Shown here in pieces: positions 1-11,900 of a stretch of DNA of 64,000 bases (positions are counted from its first letter, which is position 1; each line of letters begins with the position of its first letter). The stretch is from assembly GCA_020536535.1 (NCBI GenBank), contig JAHLWZ010000826.1:36615-100614 (forward strand). Reading direction: 5' to 3'. Below the pieces are notes generated by a model. It had not been told where the DNA came from and searched no databases. It saw only the letters and a list, made by a program, of their open reading frames with translations. Source of the DNA: Pelomyxa schiedti. Its lineage: Eukaryota > Protista > Evosea. A program made the position numbers and the translations under genes.

Positions 1-452
1 GGGGAGTGGAAGTTTTCCGGGCCGACACCGTGATTCCCTTTTTCGGGAAGTACTCACTTTCACAGAGAAGGAGCGCGATGTGTGAGTTCCTTCCTTGCAG
101 CACAAGAAAGAACCAACTTGGAGTGATGAACTTCACCGAAATTGATTTCCGAAATCACAACAGAGGTAGAACCACACCGGATAAGCTGTACTCTGTTTTT
201 AATAACGGTTTTTTCACTCAGGTGGTGGAATGAACGTCCCCCTCCTGGCAGAGATGCCTTGTTTCAATGGGATTGACTGTGGTAAGAACAAGCCTACCAC
301 ATGTGACAGCTGACAGGACCTGTACTGGGTCTACCTCTTCGCGCACTATGATAGGAGCGGCGGTGGCAACAAATGACCGAGAGGAATACTGCTGACTCCA
401 ATTTAAATCCACCCCACGTACTCAGTATCCACAAAACAACAAGTTGTTGCTA

Positions 453-3444
453 CTAGTCGAACCAATTCACAGGGGAAAGGAAAGAAAGGATGAGGCGGAC
501 AGTGGACAGTGGCAGCCTCCCAATAAAATGTGGTTGTTGGTGTCCAATGTGCCCTGACGATGGTGATGGTGATGACGATTGAACATTGGCGTTGCGCAGC
601 CAACAGAGGAGAACAGTCCTGAGGATGTGTACCTTGAACCACCATGGGAACATTCTGTGCAGTTGTGGGTCCCACGTTGGTGTGTTGTTGAAGAACCGCC
701 GCACACTCGGGTGATGTGAATCAACTGGTTCCCCACGTACCTTCAGTGTGTTGCCATCGCCGAGGGTCGATTTGGGAATGGAAACGCCATGGCACCACAG
801 CAACTCGGCAATGTCACGGAAGCCACGTTCCATAGCAACTAAAAGGAGTTGAGAGGGAATGTGTTCTGGTTCACACAACGGCAGAAGGTTACAAACAGCC
901 CCATAAGCACCATCGTTCACTACCGAGGCCAAGACCTCGGTTTTAAACACCCCTGGCCACATCGCCATGAGTCGGCATACTTTGCTGTAGTCAGCGTGTC
1001 CATCAACTTGGTGCTGCAATAACCTCAATACTGTGACATAGCACTTTGTTACTGTTGGGCACTGCAGAACCTCTTGGATTTTCTCCTGATTGCAGGCACC
1101 GGCATGCTGATTGGAGCACAGTGACCGAGGCAACTTCCTTGGCTCAGATGGGGCAATTGGTTGAATTTCACTGATCAACATTGCTTTCAGCAGTGGAACC
1201 CACTTCATTGGGTCGTTACGTGATTTCCCAAGGATTTCCTGCATGCATTTCCTTCTGTCAGGGGCATGACTCCAAAGAGATGCCACAGAACATTCATTCT
1301 CCTCAATCATAGACGGAGGTGACAGACAGCACAACTGCGTTAAAGAGGAGAAGCAACTAGAACTGAGGGTTTGTGCAGTTGTTACAGGGGGCTCTGATCC
1401 CAGCAGCATAAAACTGGAAGCGAAGCATGATGATAAATCTATTGTGATGGTCTTCACTCTCATCCCAAAGTGCGAACGGTACCGGTAATTCACGGATTGG
1501 AGGTGGGTGGATAAAATGTCAAGGGAGTATACAAAGGAGAGAGGCCTTCCTTCCCGCAATTTCTCTCCTGCTGCTCTGACTTGTTGTTCTTGATTGTATT
1601 GGGTGATGTATCGCCTGGCTGCAACTGAATAAAGAGGATGGTCTTTCACTCTATCAGAACAAAACTTCAACATCTGAAACAGCAATCCATCGTACCAGTA
1701 GTGGAGGCACTTGGTTTCCAATGACTTCTCAAACAAAAGTTCGACTGACCGGGAGCTCAACTGTTCAAACAGTTTCTTGATACTGAAAAGAATCCCGAGA
1801 ATTACTGTTGAACAACCATTTGGAAGTGTGAGGGCCTGCATTGCCAGACTCTCACTGACATTTCCTCCTGTGACAATTACCGGGATCATCAACAACGCTG
1901 AGACGACCTTGAGAAGCTGCTTGTCACTTCCAAGGTGATCCTCCACAAATTGGAGAATAACCTTGTGTCCGCTCACTGTGTCAACAGAGCACAACGTGGT
2001 GACTCTGGAAATAACATTCGGCACGAGCCAGTGGAGCCTGGTGCTGAAAACTTCCTGCAATCCAAAGCGTTCACAAAATTTGAGAAAGCCTGTGATGAGA
2101 CGAGCTGTGATATTTCTCTGTCTGAGAAATTCAACGACGTCGTTCGAAGCGTGCAGAGGCAAAACATCCCACCCATTCATCCAACGAAATGGGGGATTCA
2201 AGCCTCGAGCTTCCGAAAGCTTTGATACAAAGGTGTCACAGAGCTCATTGACAACCTGTGGCAGCAGTGGCCCCAGGTTCACACAACACGTGAACAGTTC
2301 TTGCTGAGTATTATGCGACTCCTTGTTGAAAATAACCTGCAATTTGTGTCCAAATGGAACGAAAAAGTGCCTGCAGTTTGGAAGCCACATCAACTTCTTC
2401 AGAACACTCATAACCAGCTCATCAAGTTCCTCATTACCATTCCTGCAGGCAATCTCAAACAATCTGCCAAAGAATGGCCCTGCACCAACAGGCACCAAGG
2501 CGTTGAAGTCATCAAACTCTGAGATGAACAACTCGGTAATGAGATTCACACACTCACAAGCCACCATGTCGTAGTGGTGCCTGCTACAGCCACTCCCACA
2601 ATCTCCTCGGTCTCTGCCTACCAGCGAACCATGAGTGGGCCTCACTCATGGTTCCTGCTACAGCCACTCCCACAATCTCCTCGTTTCGGTGCCACACAGT
2701 GAATATTTCCTCGGAACTGTGGCCAAGTGCCCTCATGTACTTCCAGAAACGATGGACGAGGTCGTAAAAGCCATGGTCGTAGTAGTCATCATCAGTATCT
2801 GCATCAAGCATGGACAGCACTTTGGCTTCCGCTATGGCATCAATGTTTTCCAGGTTACGCAGCATTTCATCAGTGCACCGCTGGTAGGCAGAGACCGCTC
2901 CGTTTATTCTGCTCCATTCATTATCCTTCTCCCCAGAAAAACTTTGGTGCTCACCTTGTGTTGCTGTTGCTGTTGTGGTTGCCACTGTGGTTTCCCCTGG
3001 TGCTTCTTTCAGGACTTCTTCTGGATTTTTCATCTTTCCTCCTCCCCCCACTGGCACAAGTGCCTCGTCTTCCAGTGCCTGGTTGATAACGCCCTCTATC
3101 TCCGACAGCATAGCTGCCCTTTCCACCTCGGCCGCGGAATTCATTGTTTTCCTCAGATTGGCCAGCTCGCGGCGCAGGGTCTCGCACAGCAGCTTCTTCT
3201 CTCGCCGGATCACGATGTCCTGCCACCACACCGGGTCCTCGTCTTCCTCCATCTCCTCGCCCTCCAATCCGCTGTTGTAGTCGTCGTCGTCGTCGTCTCC
3301 ATCGTCGCCGCGAAGTTCCTCGTCGATGAACTCACCCACGTCGCCGTAGTCCTCGTCGTCGTCGTGGCCATTCTTGTCCTTGTCTTCTTCTTGGCTGCTG
3401 TTGTCATCGTCGTCATCCTTGCCATTCTTGTTGCTTTTTTCCAC
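453..3444 (-). CDS. Large helical-repeat protein with C-terminal ankyrin-like repeats and an F-box/SOCS-like tail; reading frame broken near 2580-2630 by a 52-nt insertion (possible pseudogene or assembly error)
   Basis: ORFs 2584-3444 and 453-2645 both align by eye to the single ORF 52569-53609 (EEIVGVAVAGTMSEAH|RHHYDMVAC vs KEIVGVGVTDGMSNVH RRNYDLVAC). Ankyrin-like 'LLVAMERGFRDIAELLWCHG'. Tail 'WDPQLHRMFP...IGRLPLSTVRLILSFL'. Start codon uncertain. Confidence 0.7.
2579..2683. repeat. 30-bp direct repeat enclosing a 12-bp-stem hairpin (templated insertion scar)
   Basis: cctgctacagccactcccacaatctcctcg occurs at ~2580 and ~2654. gaaccatgagtg (2626-2637) and cactcatggttc (2643-2654) are reverse complements with a 5-nt loop. 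Confidence 0.9.
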
Positions 3445-3506
3445 CCCTCAGTGATCAAATCTTTTTTGTCTGGAGAACCGCTTTACGCACACCCCACGAA
3501 CGGGCA

Positions 3507-5255
3507 ATGTTCCAACAGCGAACACCGACGGTTGAGCAGGCGGGAGCCAAACCGCCAGACGAGAAAACTCTGCTTTTGCAAAAACGTCACCGCCAAGCGA
3601 CACACCATGGTGGCCTCTGTGAAAAGTATGGTACAAAAAAAGTTGTCTTTGTCTCCACTGTGGTTTTCTTTGTGGTAGCGATTGGGGCCTCAGTTTTTGC
3701 CGCGTGCTGGTTTTTAATTGACTGGCAGGGATTGACCAAGTGTGTTTTCTCTTCTCTTTTTCTTGTATTTTCACAAAATTTTAAAATTTTACCACCCAGG
3801 TTGAAGATACCAGCCCCATCTGGGTTTTCAAATCCAAGTGTGGTTGTTCAAGGGAGAGACTCTACAATTTCCGTTCATACAGATATCAATCTCTTCTCAC
3901 TTGTTGTACCCCACCGTCTCGACAAACTGGTCAGTTTGGATGACGGGAGTCTACACTATGTTATGCAAAGTGATGGGTCTCCTGAGGGCACAACTGTGAC
4001 CATCGACATCGATGGCGACTCTGCAACGGGGCATGCCACGTGCACTGTGAGTAGTGTTTCCTCTCTCACTCAGGGTTCTGTAAAACTGGACATTTCTTGC
4101 TCCGGGAAAGCGGCAGTGAGAAAAGACGGCTTTGAGACAGTGAGAAGAGGCCACACTCAGATCGCAGGTGACTTTGCGGCAACTTTATTCTGCACCGTTG
4201 CAGTCAGCCTCACAAATGACTGGCGTCTTATTGGCAATCCCTCAGTGGATGTGGCCTTAGGAAGAATGATATCTCATGATATATTTGGGGACTCTTTTCC
4301 AGGTATTTTTGGAGGTTGGATGAAATCAAAGACCCCACAGGTGAGATTCTCTTTCAATCTCACATTTTACTCAGTCACATGATAGATTGAAGCTTGGATG
4401 GCTGAAAGATTCTCCCAGTCTCCAATGCGTGAGAGGTTAAACCGGATGTGGCAACGTCTCAATGATGCTATTCAGATAAACACTGTTGAGCTGCCAGACC
4501 ACAAAGCTGAAGGTGTGTGGCTGCAACTAAATCCGAACGCATTGTCAGTGTCACCACTCACATTCTCTGGAGTGTGGATGCATGTTTCCATGGACCTTTC
4601 CTGCAAACCGGTCATTGCCCTTGGTTATAAACCAGCCTCTAGCTCTCCTGTTGCGGGGTGCCCAAGCTTCTCTTCCGTGATCTCTGACCGCGGAATTGAT
4701 GCAGCACTGGCATTTCACCTTCCTTACACTGCATTACACATGGAAGCATCGAGACTGCTGCCGTTTGTGATCACACCCGATTCAATTTATCGAGCAAAAA
4801 TAACAGTGAAATCTGTGCAACTTTACCCTTCAGGGAGAATGATTGTTGTCACAGTTGATGTTGATGCCCTCAGCCGAGTTGGCAATGCCACTGGAGTACT
4901 TTATCTCTGGGGCGAACTACAATGGAACTCAGCCAGCAGTACACTCTCTGTTACTGATGTTGACTTCCACCCTGAAACCAAGCAGTACATCAACAAGGTG
5001 TTTTTATGCACTGGCTGGTTGCTCCATGACAGTCTCAAGGAATTTATTTCAAACCAACTCAGTTGGAACCTGGGCCCTCACCTTGAGAAACTCAGGCAGC
5101 ACCTGTCTGAAAACCACAGATCCTACAGCTGGGTGGACAACAACTTTGATCTCCACAATTTGGATCTCCAGAGTGTTGTTGCTGATGACTCTGGAATCAC
5201 TCTCATGGGTTCCATCACAGGCCAAGGTTCCCTTTCTCTCAAGCCGCTGCGCTGA
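3507..5255 (+). CDS. N-terminally membrane-anchored DUF4403-like protein, copy 1 (apparently intact, spliced)
   Basis: Hydrophobic segment VVFVSTVVFFVVAIGASVFAACWFLI. DUF4403-like motifs WLQLNP..LS, PY..L...A..LL, LYLWG...W...S.TLSV.DVDF.PETK, WLLH..L...I...L.W.L. An intron gtgaga...gatag (~4341-4385) joins ORFs 3507-4382 and 4398-5255 in frame (TPQ|IEAWMAE), and the same intron is present in copy 2. Confidence 0.75.
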
Positions 5256-5971
5256 GACCCTGAGACCTATGGGTCGGTTCAGGGCAACGGTCCCGCCGCT
5301 GCACAGCACCAACACATTGTTACAAAAAAATAACCCAAACAAGATCTCTGATCTGTTAGCGGAACGAATGGTTTTTTCTCCTAGTGATGGCACAGTTATG
5401 GTCGCGAACCACAGTGTAGAGTTCGACCCAGCAGGGCACGTAAAATGCATGCGATGGCGTGTTGGTAATCCTGAATATTGTTTTTTTGGCTGTTTGTGAG
5501 GCCAGCGCGGGTGGACTGTTTTCACTTGTGGCAAGGAGTGCCAGGCACTGAAACATCAACCAAGGAATGCAACCTTTTCCGATGAATCTGAGTGTTTTTC
5601 TCCTCCACCGACCATTTAGCTGGCGCCACCAAGACTCCCCTCCCGGTATGTCCTTCTTCCGGTTCCACCAAGCTCTGGGGGCCTCTCCCCACATCGCACC
5701 AAGAAACTGCCTCACGGCAATTGGGCTCCTTTCCTTTTTCCCGGTCTCCTCTGGGTGTGCCCTCAACTATCTCCTCCAGCTAACCAATGCACAGATTTTG
5801 TGACGGGCTGCTGTTATGTTCATGACTTCAGTGAGTCGGCAGCAAACCTGGTTTGTCCCATTTATCGTCTTTCTGCTTCTAACATCCACCAGGTTCACAT
5901 GACAATTATTTTATGTATGCACCTTGGTCCCTTTCCGAATAAATTTTTTTAAAAAAATAAAGCACACTTTA

Positions 5972-8839
5972 CTAGTCATTAACATCTGTGTAATGGTACT
6001 TCTCTGTTTGAAGGTTTACATCCACAACCGGTTTCTCAGCTTGGATTTTGTCTAGTGCTTGTATTTTATTGTTGTAAACCAACACTTCCCTGTTGATGTC
6101 ATCTCTCTTGATCTGAATTTCTGTTGTCAAGGCTGTTATTCGTGTCTGAGTTTGCTCCAAAGTTGCCTTGTGGCAATCCAGTTGCTGCCTTGTACTGTTG
6201 ATGGAAGAGTCAAGCTTATCCATATCCTTTGTCAGTGCATGAATATTTTTCTGTATTCTCTTTTCCTGCAACTCCAAATGAGATTTGTCCTGCTGAAGCT
6301 TGTCAAGCTGTGAGTTAAGCTTTGAAATATTTGCATTCACTTGGGTGATATTTTGGGTAACTGTGGTTATGGCCTTGTTTATAGATGATATACTGTGTTT
6401 TACATCAGTCAACTGTGACTCCACCTGAGCCTTCTCGTGACGAAGTTCATTGCACTGATGTTGTAAGTCCCTAATATTCCGTGTCACTCCCTGGATATCC
6501 TTCTGAATTCTTTGAACCACACTCTCAGTCCGTTCCACCTTTTCTTGTGCTCGCTCCAGCTCTGCCTTTTTTGTTGTGACCTCACCTCTGCATCTCAACT
6601 CTTGCTCAGCGCATTTGTTCTTCACCACCTCTGCAGCAGCTTTATCCTCCATTACTTTGTGCAGATTGCGCTCTGCAGTGGTCAGTTGTTGCTGTACATT
6701 TCTCTTCTCTTCCAGCAGCTGTTCCCGTGTCATCTGAGCATATTTGTATTTCTCCTCTGCAGCACTTAAACCCTGCTTTGCCGCCTGTAGCTCTCTTTTT
6801 GCTGCTGAATCCCTGGCAGAGGACCTTGATTCTGCTTCTTTTCTATTCTGCACTTTTTCTCTACACACGTTCACCTTCTTGTTTATTGCTTCTGTTTCTT
6901 TTCTCTGTGCAGTTTCATTACGCTCTGCATTTCTTGCTTCCTTTTTCTTCCTTTCTTCGTCACCCTGGTTTTCTGATAACTCCTTCTTGCTAGCTTCCAA
7001 TTGCTGCTGTGATGTTTGAAGGGCTTTCGATTGTGCTTCCCACTTAGATTTTGCTTCTTCCACGTCCTTCTCACATCTCTGTTGCCTCTCTTGTGCTTGC
7101 TGGTGCTGTTCAGTTGCTGCCCTGTGTTTGTCTTGTGCACTCTTAACATCTCGTTGCGCTTGTTTTTCTGCATTCACAGCTTGCTTGCTTTTGACATCGA
7201 CGTCACGTAGAGCAGTCTGTGCTTGGGTGTTTCTCTGAGTGCATGCTGTCAGTTGGTTGTTTGCATTTACTGTGGCCGTTCTTGCAGCATTGACCTTTTG
7301 GTCACAAGCTAATTTCTGTTGTTGCGCCGAATGTAAGGCTGTTGTGGCTTGGGCAAGCTTTGCTTGAGCAGCCATAAGGTTCGCTTGGGCAGCTGTGTGA
7401 GCAGCCGCTGTGGCCGGCAAACCAGCAGCAGATGCTGCAACTGATGCCTGGGCAGCAGCAACTTCGGCAACAGCAGCTTGCTGCTCTACCGTAGCTGTGG
7501 CAAGAATTGTGGTTGCTTGGGCCAGTGCTGCCTCGGCTGCCCTCTGCTGTTGAACGCAGTTCTGGTACTGTTGCCTGGCGTTCTCCATTGCTTGTTTGGC
7601 TTCAGATGCCCTCTGAGTAGCCTCACGGAGGCGCTGTTCTGCTTCCAGCTTCTCCTGAGTCTTGGTCTGCAGGTTGGCTCTGGCAGATTCTTCAGCTCTC
7701 TTTGCTTGTTCAAGCGCTTGATTTTTTTGGGTCACTTCTTGTTGAACCTGTCTCAAAGCTGCTTCTTTATTTTGGTGAGCGGCCTTGGCTTGGTTTGTTG
7801 CTTCAGCAGCTTGTTTTGTTGCTTCTTGCCGCTGACTCAATACTCTCTTCGCAATTGCCACGGCATCCTTTGCCATTTTCCATGTTTGAGAAAGCCTCTG
7901 TGCAAGTTGCATTGCCTGTTGCAGCAGATTTTGCGCTTTATGTAGCTCTTGCGAGAGAGAAGTGAACTTCCCCATTGCTTTCCTGAGAGCCTGTTCGGCT
8001 TTATGGTGTTCTTTTCTGCATCGATCGGCCTGAATGTCGGCATGCTTTTGCTGCTCCCGGAAAACTGCAACAGTTTTCATTGCTTTTTCTCTCACGTCCT
8101 CTGCCCTGGCTTCGTTAGCGCTGACCAGCTCAAGGTGGTGTTGTACAGTTTCCATCAAGTCCTGCACTTCTTCCACCCTCTTGGCCGCCAATTCCACACG
8201 ATCCACTGTTTCTCTATATTGCTTCTCTGCTTCCCTCAAGGCAAGTTCCGCGACGTTCAGCTCAGCTTCGACCCGAATCACTTCTTGCACTGCCTTGTCT
8301 CTTTGTCTCAGTGCTTCTTCCAGCTCAGCTTGCATGCGCTCAAGTTCTCTTGTAAGTTGTTGGAGTTCGGCTTGTTTCTCCTGTATTTGCCTCTTAAGTT
8401 CCTCCTCGTGCTGCTTGAGCTGCTCCAGATGCTTTTCCAGTTCCTCCTTTTTCTCTTCCAACTGTTGCTTTTGCTCCTCCATATTCTGTTTCTCCTCTTC
8501 CAGCTTTCTAAGCTCCTCCTGTTGTTTGCGGAGGTCTTCTTCAACTCGTTTGATCTCTTGGGCTTTGTGTTCCAGTTCCAATTGATTGTCTTGAAGCTCC
8601 ATCTCAAGTTCGTCAAGTTGTTTTTGCAGTTCCCTTTGCTTCTCCTCCAGCTGTTGTATTACTTCATTCAGCTTGCCAATCTGAAGCTGCAGAGCGGCTT
8701 CCCTCGTTTTTTCTTGTTGAAGCTGCCTTTCCAGTTTCGCGACATCGGTCTGAAGACTGTCGAGATGTTGTTGCATTTTCTGTACATCCTCTTTGAGTTG
8801 CTGTTGCCTTTGCTGTTGAAAGTTAAGGTGAGCCGCCAT
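5972..8839 (-). CDS. ~955-aa continuous coiled-coil protein with an uncharged Ala/Thr-rich centre
   Basis: Long ORF with heptad E/Q/K/L composition. The only internal Pro lies in 'SAAGLPATAAA' at ~7415. First ATG at 8839. Further 3' exons are possible but I could not resolve them. Confidence 0.85.
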   Translation of the reverse strand: MAAHLNFQQQRQQQLKEDVQKMQQHLDSLQTDVAKLERQLQQEKTREAALQLQIGKLNEVIQQLEEKQRELQKQLDELEMELQDNQLELEHKAQEIKRVEEDLRKQQEELRKLEEEKQNMEEQKQQLEEKKEELEKHLEQLKQHEEELKRQIQEKQAELQQLTRELERMQAELEEALRQRDKAVQEVIRVEAELNVAELALREAEKQYRETVDRVELAAKRVEEVQDLMETVQHHLELVSANEARAEDVREKAMKTVAVFREQQKHADIQADRCRKEHHKAEQALRKAMGKFTSLSQELHKAQNLLQQAMQLAQRLSQTWKMAKDAVAIAKRVLSQRQEATKQAAEATNQAKAAHQNKEAALRQVQQEVTQKNQALEQAKRAEESARANLQTKTQEKLEAEQRLREATQRASEAKQAMENARQQYQNCVQQQRAAEAALAQATTILATATVEQQAAVAEVAAAQASVAASAAGLPATAAAHTAAQANLMAAQAKLAQATTALHSAQQQKLACDQKVNAARTATVNANNQLTACTQRNTQAQTALRDVDVKSKQAVNAEKQAQRDVKSAQDKHRAATEQHQQAQERQQRCEKDVEEAKSKWEAQSKALQTSQQQLEASKKELSENQGDEERKKKEARNAERNETAQRKETEAINKKVNVCREKVQNRKEAESRSSARDSAAKRELQAAKQGLSAAEEKYKYAQMTREQLLEEKRNVQQQLTTAERNLHKVMEDKAAAEVVKNKCAEQELRCRGEVTTKKAELERAQEKVERTESVVQRIQKDIQGVTRNIRDLQHQCNELRHEKAQVESQLTDVKHSISSINKAITTVTQNITQVNANISKLNSQLDKLQQDKSHLELQEKRIQKNIHALTKDMDKLDSSINSTRQQLDCHKATLEQTQTRITALTTEIQIKRDDINREVLVYNNKIQALDKIQAEKPVVDVNLQTEKYHYTDVND

Positions 8840-8996
8840 TATTGCCAAAAAATTAATAACTCAATAGAGAAAATCGGTTGTGCTTGCATGTACCTCGAAA
8901 ACGAAAAGTTGGTACCAGTACCAAGTAGCAACTTTCACCAACAACTTCGTGGATAAGAAAATCTAACGACAATCAAAAACAGTAAGCAACACGCGA

Positions 8997-11900
8997 ATGT
9001 CGGAATTGTCTGCCGTGTGGGATTTGGTGTCACTCAACCGGGAGTTGGACCCAGGCTCACATTTGGACGTGGACTCGCTGTACGGGCTCTTCGCAAAAAA
9101 TTGCACCAGTTTCCAGTGCACCAAGGAGCAAATGAAAGTATGCATTGAATCTAAAACGCTGGAGGAGGCCGAATCCAAGTGGAGAGAAGAACACCCAGAA
9201 ATTCCACAGCCACCCGCACCTCCGTGCTCCAGAACCTCCACCTCTGCAACAACCTCCAGCCCAACTGCATTCACGCCTACGTTGTCGGCCGTCGTTCCAC
9301 TACACACCGTAGCAAACCACACGGTGGCGATTGAAGTGTTCCACCACTCGAGAGTGTCCCACACTTATTTCTCCGCCAACCCCGCCGAGGACACATACCT
9401 CCGCCGCGCAGTTACTACCCTTATTTCAAGCGGCGATCAGTACACCCCCCGCGAAGTCGACAGGTATGCCCCGGTGCAGGTAGTACGCGGCGCCGACCTG
9501 CGCGGCGCGTTCTCCTTTGATCCACTGGAAGGACTCATGGAGATATTTGTGCGGCGCAGTGATGGCGGCTCATTCTCTGGATTTTGGAGGGGCCGAGTGG
9601 CTGACGGGAGGGTCACGCACACTCTGAAAGTTGTTGAGAGTGATGACCCCGATATCGTGCCGCTACACCAGCCGGTTATTGCCGAAGTCCCCCCTTCTGA
9701 GCAGTCGGAACCAACAATGCTGCATCCACGGGAGCCATCCAAAAAAAAACCACGTGTACAACCACAATTACCTCCAAGACAGAAACAGTCATCAGATCAG
9801 ACACTGACAGAATGGGTTGATAACTGTTATGCCCTGCACCGCCGACCCAACGCCGAGAGCGCTGTTAGAGCTCTTGAAGCTGCGGCAATTTTCACCATTG
9901 AACAACTCTTGGCCATTCCAACCACATTGCTTCAGAGCGTTCCGAACCTGTCAAGGGGCGACTGCGCATTCTTGCTTGAACAACGTGTTATGCACCAGAA
10001 GATGATTACGCGGGACTCGCCCTATAAAGATGACGACCAGTGCAAGGAAATCGTGGTCCAAGCCAAGCTACACAGAGTGAGACGCTATCTCCACTACTAC
10101 AGTGGCGGAAAGGCCATCGACAACTTACGCCTCCTGGATCCGGATTGCGTTCGGCGGGGTATTGAGCAACTGGAGCACACATTCAAGAACCCACCTGTTA
10201 TTGCGGCAGTACGTGAGTTCATGGATACGTTCACCTGCACTTCAGCCCCCCCGATCAGAGGGATGTTATTATATGGGCCCCCCGGTACCGGTAAGACATT
10301 AATCATTGAAGCTCTGTCAGAGATGTGTGGATTGGTGATGGTGGAGCCAATAATGATGGCTGCGGAGCTGAACCGGGGGATTGTTGGTGAGACAGAGAAA
10401 CTCATCCACGACATCTTCTGCCGTGCTTTGAAGCTCCCGTACCTTCCCTGCCTTGTATGCATTGATGAAATTGACTCTGCTGTTCCAAAGCGAGACGAGA
10501 GTGGTTCCGGTGGCGGCAACCAACATGCTGCTGATAAGGTGGCTGCGATTTTAGGCTTGATTGGAGGTGGCACAGATGTTGCCAACTTGTACATTATTGG
10601 AGGCACGAATCGGAGGGAGGCCATCGACACCGCAATTCAGCGCCGCCTTCCAAAACAAATATACGTTGGGTATCCCGATAGGTTGAGCAGGTTCCAACTT
10701 CTCGACAAGTGGTTGATCACCTCCAAGTTTAGCGAACTGCTTCGAACAGAAGCCCTGTCTGATCGACTGGAAGCAAGACCGAAATTCTTCTCCATCACCC
10801 TTCTAGAGTTGATTGCTGACCTCACACTCAACTTCTCAGGTGCGGCTCTGAGAGAATTGTGCAATGCCCTGATGCGCAACTTTGAGGGGTGGGCCCTAAA
10901 CACCAGTCCATCGTTTGGCAGAGTATCCTATGACGTCTCTGGTGATAAGCACACTATTCGTCAGTCTGGGCAATTTGTTGCCTTCATGCACCACGCTCGT
11001 GATGTCTCCACCACCTTCAACCTCAAGGTTGGGTCAGTGTGTTTGGTGGACTTGCTTTCTACAACCACTGAGTTGACCACTGAGACAATCCGACGCCAGG
11101 TGTGGATAGCACCCCAATTCGTGTCCAAAAGGGTGTCACCTGAAAGGAGAACCCCACCACCTACAACAACCGCCCCAACACTTACAACAACAACACAGTG
11201 TGGTACATCTCTTGTAGTGAAAAGAACATCTACACCATCCCTAACCGAGAGAAGATCATGGGTGGAAATGACAACAGGGCTGATTGTCGTCAGACCAAAT
11301 GAAGGTCTCCTATTCCAGTGTGAGGTGCTGAAGCTTGAGGGGGCAGGCACGTTGCTGCACAAGTTTATTCCATTGAGACCTCTGTGCCCAGACTGTAAGA
11401 AATATGCTGTGGACTGGTGTGTGGTCGAAGGACGCAGGTGGATCCGCGAGCATGTCCTGCGAATTGGGTTGGAGGTATTTCCAGCAGTGAACGAGGAGGA
11501 TGACCACATGCTGGAGGCCACATATAAAAAACGAAAAAAGCTGGCTGAGAGGCAAGACCAAACAATTATCACGAGCAAAGTTGACACGATATCAACGGAG
11601 GATATCCTGAGGGAAGTCACAGCACTTGCCACACTCCGTGGGTTGTGCCGCGTGATCTACGTGGAGCTTTCCAGCTTCATCCTTCACAGCGGCGCCAACA
11701 CTGAGTCCAAATACCTTGAGGAATTCACCATCCTCGTCAAGCAAGCCATCGCACCTGGAAGCCGGTGCGTTCTCGTTCTAGACATGGACTCGCTTGCAGG
11801 TGCTCAGTGGAGTTCCAGCGAAGGCAGCTTCGGCTCCCGCACCTTCAGCATAGGAAACAGGCAGCTTTTTGACCTTGCCGTGAGCACATTCCTCAACTGC

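Noticed and set aside
1-412. Short ORFs at the window start
   Set aside because: No recognisable motif and no ATG-started model. They may be part of a gene extending outside the window, but I cannot support a call.
2580-2683. Direct repeats with a spacer as a possible CRISPR-like unit
   Set aside because: Only two copies, inside a eukaryotic CDS, and explained by a templated insertion. No arrays or cas genes are present.
2635-3678. 347-aa + strand ORF rich in V/L/C
   Set aside because: It is the antisense shadow of the Asp/Glu-rich - strand exon (GAC/GAT repeats read as GTC/ATC). The - strand frame is the one with a paralog.
6059-8956. Multiple Leu/Phe/Ser/Cys-rich + strand ORFs
   Set aside because: Antisense shadows of the E/Q/K-rich coiled-coil gene.
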